64,000 bases of DNA from Haliotis rubra (GCF_003918875.1 NW_025765670.1:496001-560000); one strand, 5' to 3'; positions 1 through 15,300 are shown, counted from the stretch's first letter. Translations and numbers: made by a program. Notes: generated by a model not told the origin, from the letters alone.

Positions 1-1084
1 TGTCAACAAAGGAAGCCGTATGCTTCATCAGGGGAGGTAACTCTTGATGTAGTAAGGTTAATTCTTAAGCTTACAAGAGTTGCCTCCCATATTGAGAACC
101 TTACTACATAATGTGACACCTATTTTGAAATACAATAATCAGTATTAGGAAACAACGATTTTCTCAATAATTTCTTGGAAAACTTAACATCATGAATATC
201 TGAGGTTCCATGGTTGTTGTGTTATCACTAATACAGTAAAGCTTAATACACCCACACAAGTGATCGCGGTGGACGTACTGTTTAATTAGCACATCAGATG
301 CAAGCATATACATGAGTTTTATATGGACCAGCCTAGTTTGGCAAGGGTAGAAACTGGTGGTGGTGGTGTAATGGTCAAAGAGCGAGCTGGATCAGAAATA
401 TGGTCTATAGACATTAATTGACAGTTGACATTCGTACATGTAAGCAGACTTACTGCGTCAAGGGAGTATATTTACCATGCATAGAAAAGACGTTGTGCTC
501 AGCGATTCTGATGAAATGACAGGATCCTTGCTTAATGAAATGCATTAGGGAAAAGACACACTAACACAAGCACGGGGGGTTTGGGGGGGTTTGGGGTTAA
601 GACATACGATGTTCCTTAAATAAACAAACAAAAAATCCAATAGAAAGAGAAATGTTTAGACGATTTAAAAACCACGTTTGCCCTTTGAATGCCCAATACT
701 GTATCAAAGGAAAATGTCAAACTTTTCTCAAGCACGGCACTTGTGAGAATTTACTGAGCTGTTCTAGGCGTATCACCACTACATTGGTCACAAAGAGGTG
801 ATACATCCCTATCAACAACACTTGTGTCGGCATTTAGTACACAGTTACCAAGTCTGGTTAACTAAACTTTAGCACATCTCTTACGAAGAATAATTTGGTA
901 GAAGCTTTTAAAGTCAGTTAGTGCCCTTGCCTGATTAAGATGTGCCTGGTTATATTGAAACTTTTACCTTCACGTGGACCTTTGATCGGTCGGTTCCCCC
1001 TCTCCTCGCCCTCATCGTGAATAGCTTTCACATTTTCTTCAACATCCATGGCACCTTGTCATCTGCACAAACATAGTTAAGACT

Positions 1085-1690
1085 ATATACCAACTGATAG
1101 TATGTACAACCCTTAGACCTGTTGACATGGCATACAATGATTTAAGCCTATTAAAATTATGATATACAAGCCAATATACCTTTGGACAATATATACGATA
1201 CGTTATACGTATTAATATGATACACAAGACAATATATATTTTAACTTTTTTTATACAACACCATATGCCTATCAAAATGATATACAGGACCATATACTTT
1301 TTGACAAGATATACAAAACTATATACCTATTAAAATGATATACAAGACCATATACCTTTTGACAAGATATACAATACCATATGCCTATTAAAATGATATA
1401 CATGACCATATACCTTTTGACAAGATATACAATACCATATGCCTATTAAAACGATAGACAAAACATATACCTTTTGACAAGATATACAATGCCATATACC
1501 TATTAAGATGATAGACATATACATATACATTCTGACATGAAGCCTACATGCATATATAAGCCAAAATGATCGCTGACATGATATACAAGCCCATACACAC
1601 AGTTGCATACAATCCTAAATACCCCCTGATGTGATGTACATACTATAAAAGTATATCGAAGTGATATACAAGCCTGTATACCCATTGAAT
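1085..1690. repeat. Minisatellite, alternating ~29-30-bp A/B monomers
   Basis: CCATATGCCTATTAAAATGATATACAAGA alternates with CCATATACCTTTTGACAAGATATACAATA. Confidence 0.85.
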
Positions 1691-2815
1691 AATAATTTTG
1701 AGACTGCTACTGGGGTAAGAGTTAGTTGATTTCTCTTAGAAAACATACCTGAATTTACACATACCTCACAATGTCAGCAAAAGTCACAACTGTTAGTAAA
1801 TAGTAATTCACAATCACCAGAGACAGATCTCCCACTGAAACTCTCCGGCGGGATGCAAAATAGCGTTTTATGATGTGCAACTCATCCAAGAGGCTCTTAA
1901 CAAGTGGGCTGACACATAGCATGACGTCTCATGATTATCCTTGCTTATGACCGATAAAACATGAAAAATGATATTTCTAAATGATTGATGTGTAATTAAC
2001 TCTAAAACGTAAATGCCAGTGTTTTTTTGTCTGGATATAGGTAATTAGCACCATATCATCGTCAACATGATCATCATTGCTGTCATCGTCACATCATCAC
2101 TATTACGGCAGGACACAAATTTACAATGTTACTTGAACAAAGCATTTTTTTCTGACGGAAAGCAAGAATCGCACTGGCGAGCTGAATGCATAGTGTTCAC
2201 TCCTAAAACGGAAGATTTTCTATTCCCCCTACAGTGAGTGAGTTTAGTTTTACGCCGCTTTTTTACACCACAAATGGGATTCACACGGTGTACCCATGTG
2301 GGGATTCGAAGCCGTGCCTTCGCTTGACGAGCAAACGCTTTAACCACTGGGTTACCCCACCGCCCTTATGATGCCCTCTATCCCTTAAGGACAAGCGTGA
2401 TAACCTCTGTACCATAAAAGGCCACCCTTGAAATGAAAATTCTAAGGCTGCATGGAGGCGTAGATCGACGCTCATACTATCGATCTCTGAATTGCCAATG
2501 CCAGCTTCGTGTCTTGCAGCCTACGACTTTAACAGTTACTACTAACTCACACGCGTAACATTTTGTGCGTGCACGATGTGTATTCATTTGGCTTTGTGCC
2601 ACATCTGAACCCACTCGTCAAGACCCTCCAAACACAACATTGGGCTATATTCCTTCCTACTATTGTCGAAGTCCATGCCGTGGAACATGTGAAATGTGAA
2701 AGTAGCTTTTATTTATGACAAATACAGGATTTTAATTTTTTTCATATTTAAGTGGTGTATTTTTTCTTATTATGTTAGAAATTTTCGAGAAATTTACATC
2801 TCCTGTTAATCTTCC

Positions 2816-3032
2816 GGAAAGACGTCCGCCCGTATGCCCCCTTAAATTTCATTCTAGTCAAATCATATCACCTGAATATATATTCCTCATCTGATAAGGG
2901 TGAGTTTTAACATGTTTCTTTAATATTGTATCTGAACATACTGAAAGACATATTTTACTAGTATAAATGCCAAGCAAAGACATTTCTCCTCATCTTTAAC
3001 ATTTAGGGGGGATACGGGAGGAAGTCTTACCC
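2816..3032. mobile_element. MITE family (also ~51533-51755 and ~59512-59730)
   Basis: ~35-bp imperfect TIRs (AAGACTTCCGCCCGTATCCCCCCTTAAAT) and a shared interior in three copies. Confidence 0.8.
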
Positions 3033-3130
3033 TGTCTTCATACTCACAGACATTGCATGTGTGCAAAACGTAAACAACGCACACTCATTAAGCAGGAAAG
3101 TAAGGAAGTACATTAGTGTTACAGTCTAGA

Positions 3131-3222
3131 GTGAGTGAGTGCGTGAATAAGTTTATTTTTACGCCGCCTTTGTCAATATTCCAGCAATACGCTTTTACCA
3201 CTAGGCTTCCCCACCACCCCGC
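3131..3222 (-). mobile_element. SINE family A, internally deleted copy
   Basis: Head and tail joined directly; 11-bp TSD TACAGTCTAGA (3120-3130, 3223-3233). Confidence 0.8.
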
Positions 3223-5087
3223 TACAGTCTAGATTATATAATATATGTGCAATGTACTTACCCCTACGTGGAAGAGATATTTCAATGTTTTATTGTCAAT
3301 TTGCCTTTTTTATATGTTCACAACTTACTGAAATCATTTGATATTGTCAAACTGTCAACTCGTAAAACAAATGAACTCGAAAGATATCATTTATCAAAAC
3401 TTTCAACACATTTAAATGAGTTACTGTCTTTAATGTTCAGATAGTACCAAGGTTGAAGGGTGGTGGGGTATCCAAGTGGTTAAAGCGTCCATTCACCATG
3501 CCAAAGACCCGGGTTCGATTCCCCACATGGGAACAGCGTGTGAAGCCCATTTCTGGTGTCCCCTGCCGTGATATATATAATTTGACTTTTGCAAAAGGCA
3601 GCGTAAAATCACTCTATCTCACTCACTCACTCACTCACTCACTCGAGTCCAACGTTACATAGAACAGACCGGTAATATTGTCGATTACTCGAGAAAATAT
3701 TGCTTCCGAAGTCGACACATATTTCGATAACTGATATTTTGTTCTGGGCACATTGTACTAACATACATGTCGATGTGAGTATCATCTACGGAGACGAATG
3801 ATATTTGTTTAGGTTGTGGCATAAATGCGCTCCCATAGGAAAGTCTGGCTACCATTGTCTAACAAAAGGAAACCCCGAGCGGGCCACCCAATGAACACGG
3901 ATGTTTCTCTTTAAACATGAATAATTCGTGAGGAAAAGCCTCTCTTCCTCACGGCGGATGTCTGATATCCGTGATACCACAAAGATCAGACAGCACGCAC
4001 GATCACCCACTGAATGCGTACATAGTTGGATATGTCTTGCGATTCATAACAGCAAGGGAGCGCTGGTAGCTTATAGCCTAGTGGTTACATGGTTCGCTCG
4101 TCACCTCGAAAACCCCGGTTCGATTCCCAACATGGCTACAACGTGTGAAACCCAGTTATGGTGTAATGCGTTGTCATATTGCTCGGATATTGCTAAAAGC
4201 GGTGTAAAACCCAACTCACGATTTACAGCAAATACCTCAGTGGTGAGATAGGAAGGGGGAACACGATGAAAGTTTTCATGTGTACATATACCAAGCTCCC
4301 TGTTACCCAGCTTTCCCTGGCCTGATGAAGACGTGAGAATATACCGAGAAACATCGTGTTCCTCATGATAGGGAGGATGACATGAATTTTATTCCCCTTC
4401 ATTTCTAAATGCCATTCAAAGATTTCTCTAGGTTAATTGTTTGTTCGTTATATGAAGACCCGGAGTCTATTCCACACATGTGTATAGTATGCGAAGTGGA
4501 TGGGGGCCCCGCTTTATATTGCTGGAATATTGCCCGAAACAAATCAATCGCCTATTGCCGGCATTGGCACACCCAAACCTATGACCGTGGGTTCGAATCC
4601 CAATTATGTCTCCAGGTTTGTTAAAAGGTTTCCCCACAGGTGTACATGTGTGGGACTTGGCCCAAGTTGGGGCTTTCCTACCACATTAAGCTGACGCTGA
4701 TCGGATTACTGTCAAAAAGCGGCGTTAAACTCCACTCACTCACAATATTTATGGTAATATGGAAACAGTATAATTAAAAATACAAGCTCAGACTAAGGTT
4801 CTCAAATGCATGGCGTGAAATATTAACAGAGATAGGGTGTTTGTTTGGGGTTGTTTTAACGCCACGGCAGCGACATTTCAAGTTCATGACGGCAGTGTAA
4901 ATTACGAGTTTATTTGACAAATACTTCTTAGTTGTGGCGTCATTAACAGAACTTTCTTGTACGTTAGAACAGCGCATGTTGTTTATTTTAATGATATTAT
5001 AAGTGTCAGTTTTAACATCTCTTGTGGTGCCGCGACCTTCGGGCGGTTCCAGCGACTAATGATGCTTGAAAATAACTTTATAAACGC

Positions 5088-5270
5088 CTTTGAAATGACT
5101 GTATGAAAGACTTTGAAATGACTGTATGAATGACTTTGAAATGACTGTATGAATGACTTTGAAATGACTGTATGAAAGACTTTGAAATGACTGTATGAAA
5201 GACTTTGAAATGGCTGTATGAATGACTTTGAAATGGCTGTATGAATGACTTTGAAATGGCTGTATGAATT
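5088..5270. repeat. 23-bp tandem repeat, ~8 copies
   Basis: CTTTGAAATG(A/G)CTGTATGAA(A/T)GA. Confidence 0.95.
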
Positions 5271-5733
5271 TGACCATCTTGTCTACCTCGCTGCCTCTTA
5301 CGGCCATATACATGTATATCACAGTGAGCCCGTTCTAATCAAGAAGATGGTACAATTGTGTTTTGTTGTCCAACACCGCTATAACTCAGCAAAGTTCCAG
5401 CTACATTGCAGTCTGTAAATAATCGAGTCTGGACCAGACAATCCCGTGATATGAGCATCGATTTACGCAATTGGGATACGATGACATGAGTCAACCAAGT
5501 TAGCGTGCCTGACCACCCGATCCCGTTAAACCCTCTTACGACAAGCATGTTTTCTGAGGTCCAGTTCTCAGCCAGATCTTCATGGGATAGACAGAAGTAG
5601 AACGTGGAAGTGAATATATAATAATAAATTATATTTACGACACAGCAATAACACAAACAGTGTCAAAACTAGCAACACAATCTTGCAAACGAACCACAAA
5701 AGACGATATAGAAAAATGTAAATGTCAATATTA

Positions 5734-6055
5734 GGCCTAAAAAATATGTTGTGGTTCCGATTACCCGACCGACCCTTGAATTCTGGTGCCGACCCTAGTT
5801 TCTTTACGAGGTATGAATAACATAAGCTTTCAGATACCATTGTTCTTTCCCCAGCACCAACGGACATCAGTCATTCTGATAGAGAAAGTCGACATGATGG
5901 TCGCAAGCCTGATTGAATAAACAATTACACATTGATAAATGTGTTATTAGTTCGTACTTTACTTCTAAAAAAAATGTTTAAAAAATTCTTTCCTACCTAC
6001 CTACCTTAAATTTTAAAAAGGTGTAATTGGAACCACAACATTTTTTTATTTGGCC
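5734..6055. mobile_element. PIF/Harbinger-type MITE
   Basis: TIRs GGCC..AAAAAA..TGTTGTGGTTCC.ATTAC flanked by TTA on both sides. Confidence 0.75.
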
Positions 6056-6397
6056 TTACAAAGGAATATACATTTATACACATGGAATATGAACATGAAT
6101 ATGCACTGAAAAGGGCAGGAAAAGTCAAACTATGAAATGGCTGCGACTGTAAACTCAATCTTATATACATCTTGCGTAGTAATGTGTAATGTGCTTGGTT
6201 GATCCCATCGTGATATTTTTTAACAATTGACTTTCAGAAAATAACCTTTAACGTAAATGAAGGCCAATGCAGAGTTTTACTTACGATTGGTATATAAATA
6301 CTTATATGGAGAAGACGACCTTAAAAAACTCTAAAGAGAGTGGTCGCTAAGAGCTTTAAGATATGAGCCCATTTCTGATAATGATGTTTGAACGACT

Positions 6398-9300
6398 TCA
6401 TATTCTTGATTTGGCGACGACTTGGTATCTCCCTGGTGTATTAAGTGCTCCCGTGCTCTTTGGCTCAAAGTCGTGCTGTGTCCCAGGAGCAAGTGAAATC
6501 GTGAACACTCTCAGGATTCCAGCGAAAAAGAGATGAAGCTCAGGTTTGGCGACAGTCTCGCCGAGACAGACTCTCCTTCCGGCAGAGAACGGAAGCCAGC
6601 TTTCTGGCTTGGGGCCCATATTCCCATCTGAGTCAAGGAATCGTTCAGGTTTGAATGTCTTGGCGTCCTCCCATTGGTCAGGGTCAAAGTGCAAAGCATC
6701 GTGGTTGATGAACACCATTGTTCCCTTGGGAACATCGTAGCCACCTGAAAATGACAGTATATTACTGACATCACATCTTCAGTTGTATTCGTCATCAACA
6801 GCAACATTGCAACTACTCTCAACAGCATGGGTACAATGTGTGAAGCCCATTTCTGGTGTCCCCCACCGTGATATTGCTGGAATGTTGCTAAAAGCGGCGT
6901 AAAACTAAACTCACTCACTCTTCAACAACATCATTCGCAGCGTTTGAAATTAACGTCGGTCCTCAGGCCCGAAGCGGACTGAAAACCACTCGAACCAACA
7001 GCTTTTGTTTTCTGCAGGTCCTTATAGCCGACGGCGTTCTTATCCCCAATAACTAAGAGTATTATTTTTCAGATAATATCATTCAGTAATTTCTAGTGTA
7101 AATTTCTACATTAAACACTTTAACTCAGTTTCTTAGCTGTCACATTTTTTTGTTCGCTGGGAATTACTTATATTGTAGCCAAAATATAGAGCCTACAACC
7201 TTTTATGGTTCTGGGTCCTTAGGGCCTGCAGCTTTTCAGGGTTGAGGGCAAACACTGATCATTCGTCCCTACCTACCACAGCCTCGCGCTCATCTGCATT
7301 GCCGCACACAGCCCAAGACACACGCAGACACATCACACACGCATTGAGCATCATCGGTGTCAAGGTCATTCAAGACACACAGATATCACACATGTTTCTA
7401 TTCTATGCCAATTCATTCGTGTCATCCCCACTGCTGAGTCGCCTCCGTGGTGTAGTGGTTATAGAGTCCGCCTAGAGAGCGGAAGGTCGCGGGTTCGATC
7501 CCCGGCAGCGCCATACCAAAAGATGTAAAATATAGTACTTGTTGATCCCAGCCTGGCGCTCGGCATTAATGGGTACAACAAGGACTGGTCGGCTCGGGAG
7601 TCAGTATAATGTGTCTGAGTGGGGTATTCATGCTTAACTGCGGCATTGTATCCCAGTGAGCTAGCAGTCTGGGCTAGTACAAGCAGCAATACATACACAT
7701 GAGCGAAATATGCTCAAGTATGACGTTAAAACCCATTTCACCTCACCTCACCTCACCACCACCTCACCTCACCACTGCTGTGATCAACACTCAGTCAGAC
7801 TTTATGAGTAATACGTACCAACTGTGGTATCGCAGAGAGTGGAATGGGGAAGCCCCGAGGGAACCACAGACCGAATCCTCATTATCTCATGTAGCGTAGC
7901 CTCTGTATATGGCAACTTGTCTCTGTCCGAGACGTGGACGTTCAAATCAGCATCTGCAACAATAGCAACATCTGGTATCATCTGGATAAGATGTTAACAC
8001 TATTTTATGTACAAATGAAAATGATCGTCACTGTCCAATACGGCACCCTGTCTAAACCGGCATTTTATTTCGGTCCCATGGGGTGCCGGTTTAGACAGGT
8101 TTCACTGTATATGTATATGTACCCTTCAAAAAAAGTAGGGGAACTTCATTTCTTATTTACGATTGAAAAAAATGGGAGATATATCGGAGTCAGTCAATGT
8201 TGATATGATAATAATGAATGTTTTGAGAATGCATCACCACTTGCACTTCCTTATGACCACAGTTGTTTGTACAGTCATCGCTCTTGAAAGATGATTGGTG
8301 TAGGACGAGTACAACGGCTAGAAACAAACACTAACAACTGTGTGATGCAAGATGATTGTCAAAATTAATGGTCTACATTGATTTATCGACCTTCTTGAAA
8401 ACCGTCAAAATCAAGAATGACACCTCATGCACGTGTATGGGAGCAACTGCGTTGAGCACGTGCATCCCATGCGTTGTGTTTAAGGGTGGTGATAAAGAGA
8501 AATGGTGGTGAGTTCACAAGATGTCTGTCATTGAAAAATTTGTTAACGCTTATACTTCCTATCCAAATAAAAAGTTCAGGTGCCCCTGCTATATCTAGGA
8601 GCATATGTGTATTGGTCAGCGTGGTATTCTATACCGTCATGCATGCCGGTCTTTTTCTTAAAGAAACGAACAACCAGAAAGAATACTCCGTCCTGGATCA
8701 AGACCAAGCAACCCAGCAACCCAGCAAAACACCAATTGACTGATAACTTTAGGAACCGGGTTGGGTTTGTTCTTCAGTAACCCATGCTTGTACAAAGAGG
8801 CGACTAACGGGATCGGGTGGTCGGATTCATGTCATCGTTTCCCAAATCCGTTCATCGGGGTTCATGATGCCAATCACAGGTTAATCTGGCCCAGGCTGAA
8901 TCATTTACAGACTGCAGTTATTCAGCTGGATTATTGCTACTGCATCAACTAACGAATTCATCTTTGGGATATAACTCGTGATTGCTAGAAAAGCTTAGGT
9001 CGTTTAGGAAAGGTAAAACTACCGATGGACATGTATTTTTCTGTGGTCACCACCTTTCATATACCTTTAGCGGGGACAAACAGATAGATGTAGAGTTCTG
9101 AGTACACTCTTCTTAATACTGACATGAAGTTATTGCTGTTGAACAGCCAAACTCAGTCAGTCAGTCAGTCAGTCACAAGAAAACAAACTCATTCACGGTT
9201 CAATACAGTGAATACCCCTTCGGTGTATGTTTGTATTTTTCTGTAATCTACTGTACATTCAATAACGGTATGTATAATAATAGGCTGTTTGTGGTCTGTT

Positions 9301-12300
9301 CAACAGAACGCACTCTCTTTTCAGTGCCATGGAAACAAAGTATATTTATTCAGAAACCATTTATGACCATTTCGTAAAATAATTGTGTTGTTTGATAATG
9401 TTCAGAGAAGATGTAAATAAATGATTGAGATGCATCTTAATAATTAGAGGCCATGGCAGCAGTTTTATACCACCGTACCGCCATCCCTCACCCCAAATCC
9501 AGTGCCCACGCCCATCCTCAACTACTACCCCTATCAGCAATCACCACCCTCCCCTCAATTCCCACCTCAAATCCTTTGCCCAACCCTACCTGCACTCACC
9601 ACCCCAAATCCACTGACACACAATTACCTCAACCCCCACCAAATTGGAACATATTAATTACGCAACAGGTAATATCACATGTCAACTCTTTCAAAACGCA
9701 CCAATAACAGAGTCCACCTCTTCTTGTACCTTCTTCTGGATGTCAGGGTTGAGCGCCATGGCGAGGAGTGCCCAGTGGAGTGTATTCCGCGTGGTGTCTA
9801 TACCGGCTGAAATATTAGATAAATGAACCCTAACCAATCATATAAATGTCAACATTTATACCCACCTTTCGTAATTCGGTTAATAAGTGATACTGGTCAC
9901 TGTTAAAAAACATATGGTCGCGATGGGCCACATAGAAGTCAAGTGCAAGGTCGATGACCAGATCAACCAGGTTCATCCTACCAAGAAGTGACATATGTCA
10001 GAAACGTACAAGATCCGGTGGGGATCCTTCTGTAGAACTAAAAGGTTCTCTTTACAGATTAGTGTGTAAGGTGTTTATTTTGTAGAAATTATTACACTTC
10101 ATTTTCATATCTTGCCCGATATCATCCCGAGACACCCATATCTGACCGAAGCCAATATCGGGGTGGCAAAAAATGTCCATATCAGGCAAAATATCACTGT
10201 ATTAAGTGATAAGATAGGACATCACTGGTAGAGTTTTCCTGGGGGACTGCAGGATTCACGTTATAAAGGAGATTTGGCAAGAAGAAATATCTGGACTCAC
10301 ATTTTATATATACTGAAAGGCAAAAGAAATGTCGTAATATTGGAAATGACATTTAAGTATCAATGGAACATTTGAACCTATTTTTTTAAAATAATACGCC
10401 ACTGAAATGTAGTACCGACTTTCATCAGAGAAGATAACTCCTCTCCATTGTCCCCCACGACAGTTTTGCCGCTGTTGTGTCCACTTGGATACGTTCCCGG
10501 CGGTGCCGTTTGGTGAATATGGGTCTCGACAGGCAGGACATCGACAAAACAGGTTCCTGGCTTGGAGACGTCGCCGAATGGTAGGTCACTATGGTCACCC
10601 AAGCTGTTTCTCTGGCCCTTGCGAATAGGTCTTGCACGTGTTGATGGACGATATGACGGTCCTGGCGACGTGTCGTTACACGGGGTTGACCACTACGTGG
10701 ACGGTCATCAGTGCTGCTGGTGGCGTTGTGTCGCACTCTAAGACGTTCTATCGTTCGTACGCTGCAACTGAAGTCATTAGCAATGACTCGAGCATGTTGA
10801 CCAGCGTGCAGACGTCCAATAGCTTGTTGTGGTTGATCTCTCGTTAACCTAGTCATAGCTGCTGTGTTCAGAAAACAAGTGAACGATTGCCATTCAAGCC
10901 GGCAATTTATGCCTGAATGCATGTATCATGCACGTGCATTTCGATTTCAATGTTGTGTTTGTGGGAACTTTTCCCTCTCCAAAAAACAAAAACATTTCTA
11001 ACTTCAATCTCAAACAATACTTTATTGGGCAATGCAGGCTATACGACCACGATTCATGTTTCCTCAAACTTGACTTCTGGTGTATATTTAAAAAAATAGG
11101 TTCAAATACTCCCTTGATACTCAAATGTCATTTCTAATATTACGACGTTTCTTTTGCCTTTCAGTATATTTATTGCTTNNNNNNNNNNNNNNNNNNNNNN
11201 NNNNNNNNNNNNNNNNNNNNNNNNNNNNNNNNNNNNNNNNNNNNNNNNNNNNNNNNNNNNNNNNNNNNNNNNNNNNNNNNNNNNNNNNNNNNNNNNNNNN
11301 NNNNNNNNNNNNNNNNNNNNNNNNNNNNNNNNNNNNNNNNNNNNNNNNNNNNNNNNNNNNNNNNNNNNGTGTAATATATATATTATATAATGATTCTCTC
11401 TTTCCACAGTTGTCCAGGACATATTATGACAGTCGAAAAGTTACACGCTATAATAAAAAACATGAAATACTGACGACCTAGTCTGGGTTCCTGTGCCACG
11501 GGAAGGTAAAGTACAACTCTCGTGAACCTTTCAGGAGAAAGCTTGCAACGTTTGTTTATTTCCTGTTTAACGCCGCACTCAAAAGTATTCCAGCTACAGC
11601 CACCAGACAATCTAGTGATCAACATCATGAGCATCGATCTGAGCCTTACAACGCACTTACCACCGACTAGGTTGTTGATTGTATGAACCATGTGTGTGTT
11701 TGTGATCTGTGACATCAGGGTCGGGTCGTCCTCTTCTTCAGCCTCTTTCTGAGCCAATATCAGAGCATCCGTGAAGTCCCGTATCTCATCTTTAACAGCA
11801 ACAGCAACCGCATTCTTATATTTTTACCTTGTCCATATTTAATGTAATCTTCTTTCACCATAATTTTGCCCTTGGAAAGTGTCATGTTTTGTGTCACAGA
11901 TCAATGATATTCTAATAGATAGGCGATTGTCTAGGTTAAATAAGTGTAATTATCTAGGTCAGATAAGTGCCTTGTTTGTTCTGGCTTTTTTCGCATTTGA
12001 AAAGATTGAGAACAGTTCCTCACAAAGTTTGTATCCACCAATTTGAATGTGTTTTCAGTCCATAAACGATAAAAGAGCTTTACAACCCTGTTCATGATAA
12101 GTTTCCTTTCTACACTGAAAAACTAAAGAAAAAACTCTTTGCCATTTTTTCTCCACGTATACTTGTGTTGTATTCTTCGGTTAATTATTTAAATTGGTAA
12201 TATCTACATGATTAAACAAAAGTTTCAAGTGTTAAGTGTCAAGTGCTTTTTATGGGCATTTATTTTTGCCATTGACGCAAAATCCAGAGTCATCTCTATA

Positions 12301-15300
12301 TTTTTATATAGGGTACTTTACGGTATCAAACTTACTTAGTATGTACCCAGCATTTCGACACATCTAAATACACATTTCCCAGAGAATTATTCTAAAATTA
12401 AATCCTTAATAATCAGCATTGCATTTTCAGTGTACATGTAAATGACAAACGCTTTTTATTCACCAATTTATATTTCTTAAAACGCTAATGAACCTGCAAT
12501 TAGATAAATATGGCTGCCAAACCTTTTTTGAACGTTTCTCTATGGGCTGCAATTTCCATTCTGATGGCGTCTGCTATCCTTCCTGCCACGCCAACAACAC
12601 GTCTGAATTTCGGCGTTGGGCACAGATGAAGCAGGGGAATAACATCCTCGAGAAGGCCTGATCCTGCTTCTTTCATGAACTCGTCAAGGTTCACTACGTA
12701 TGTTTTGTAGGTTTCGGAGTCTGTATTTTCGCTAGAATTGGAAAGGACAGATAGACCATGGCGTACATGCATTCGGTGTGGGAAATAGTTTCCACATTTT
12801 TCTTGCCAGTCGCGCTAGCTATGCATGAAAGTTATTAGCCCATGAAAATAATTCACTTGACCGAAATCTGAATGTAGAAACTAAGCAAAAGATTACAAAT
12901 AGGTAATATACCATCATTTCTCAGGCCATAGATCTTGCATGATTTAAAAGTGTATTTTAACTCAACAAGTCGGAGAGAGTGGTATTAAAAATTTAAAAAT
13001 GACCCCAGGACAATTCGCTAGCCAGTCAGGACAGTGACTGTGAAGATTTACTGGTCCGACTGAATTTTAACTAGCCACGTGCTAGCGGGCCAGTTGCTAT
13101 TTCGCACACAGCATACATTTCTAAAAGTCTAATGGTTATTCACGCTCGTACCTATGTCATAAGATTTTATACATTTATACGATGTTCAATTGTGTTTTCA
13201 TGTAAAACAAAATAGAGGAACACATTAAATATGTAGGTCACTATTTTACTGATTATATATGGCTGAGAGAAACATTTGTGTTCACGGCATCAAGAAACAG
13301 TTTCTGGAGTGACTTTGAGGAACATGTGAAATTTGCACTTTATAACCCAAAGAACAGATTGTATATGGTTTTAGAACTATAACGAACCAGTGTTAACAAG
13401 TACATGAAAAAGACTCAAATAAAAATAAAAAGAACCTTTTAGTTCTTAAAAACCATATCTAAATATCCCGTATACCTTTGATTCAAAAACCAATCATGGA
13501 AAAGATATAATTACCTGATTTTATTGAACAGCATTCCTGTCATCATGTTGGATATCGCCAGTGATAGGTAGGGGAAAGGATCAAAGGCTCCTTGTTCCTT
13601 TCTCATCAACGCTGTAGTGATGTTGAGTGATTGGGACACTTTCCGGCTGAGGTTATCTCCCATTAGATAGTGCCTGAGATGTGAAATTATTCATTTTAAT
13701 CAGTTTTCAAACACTTGTATGCTGTTGATATTATGCTGTGGTGGACGCGGGTAACATGAGTGAGTGAGTGAGTGAGTGAGGTTTTACGCCGCTTTTAGCA
13801 ATATTCCAGCAATATCACAGCAGGGGACACCCGAAATGGGCTCCACACATTGTACCCATGTGGGTGATCGAACCCGGGTCTTCGGCGTGACGAGCGAACG
13901 CTTTAACCACTAGGCTACCCCACTTCCCCATGTAACATGAAGGTGTTGGTATTGTTGTGAAACATTTAATTCACATGAACTGAAGATTATTTTTGAAATG
14001 ACATTATCATGGAGTGTTTCATTATCTTTCTCGACGACCTATGATTATAAAGAAATAATATTTTTATTTCTACCATGGTGTAAGTGTGCATTTTGTAAGA
14101 GAAGTATATTTTTATCCATAATATGTTAATTCATGAATGTTTTTTAAATCATGTCTATATGTAGTATGGTCCAGATTCGATTATTTACAGACCGACGCCA
14201 TATAGCTGGAATATTGCTGAGTGCGGCGTAAAACTAAACTCACTCACTCACTATATGTAGTAAACTACATTTACAACGAGCTGACGATATCTCAAACTAT
14301 TTTGGGTTTGTAGTTTTTTCCTGACCACTTTACATATACTTTAGTCGAAATGTGTTTAACGAACTGTAGTTACAACGAACCGAAATTAACGGTCCCGTTA
14401 TGTTCGTAAAAACCGTAGTTCATTGTATGGTGAGCATTTACCTCAGCGCTTTAGATGCTATTTTCCTGTGCAACTTCCACCTTGGGCCGTACGATGCATT
14501 TGCTATGTCTTTTCCTCCTTCGGTAATTGCGTTAACTGTGGAAATATACATCGTGGAAATAATCTTATACAAGTATAGAAAATATTTATAGAATAGCCAA
14601 CATAGAACAGATGGACCAAAATAGAAAGTACGGATTGTCTGTCCCGCAAGAATTAAAAGAGTGAATGCCTTCTGTGACTTCATGAACTAGCCAATAAATA
14701 AGAAGATAACACCTTATGATTTTTGAGATTTACAGAAAAATGTTCATCGATGTCAGTGTCTCCTTGAAACAATATGCAGATTTACACGAAGAATATCAGC
14801 TCATTTTTATAGTTTTCTGTTTTAAACTACACTCTTAAAAATATTCACTGTAATCATGTGAAACAATCGGTGATCTTTAATTTCTTTATGTGGCATATTC
14901 TCCAGTATTAGTTTCTTGCCAAAACGATTGTCAAACCTCACGAAAAAGGTACAACATTTTCATCATATTATACATATTAATATACAGGTATACAATATGT
15001 AGCAACAACTTCACCGAACAGTGGGAATAGATATCAGTTTACAATATTCATTTGCAATACATGTTGTTTGTGTTGAATAGTAACATAATTGTTTTGCATA
15101 TTTTAGATAATTTTCGTAGAGTTCCATAATTTCGACTAGTAAAGTAAATTCATTTAAAGACGTTTGGTTTAGTGTAAAATATTTGAGAATTAGCGATTTT
15201 CTCTCACATTGCAAAACTGAACAGATAAACAGTTAATTCATCACCCAAATCAGTTGATTTCCAAACTGGACAACTTCGTTAACTTGCATGTAATTCTTTT

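Noticed and set aside
1039-5867. Short ORFs in the ORF track
   Set aside because: They fall in minisatellites, SINEs and MITEs, with no recognisable domain or splice pattern; the same applies to most sub-120-aa ORFs elsewhere.
7441-7512. tRNA gene
   Set aside because: Head of a TSD-flanked SINE.
8117-8710. Second Tc1-like element
   Set aside because: One TIR-like end (TACCCTTCAAAAAAAGTAGGGGAAC) but no matching partner or transposase frame found.
11102-11481. ORFs containing X runs (also 24534-24871)
   Set aside because: Artefacts of N gaps.
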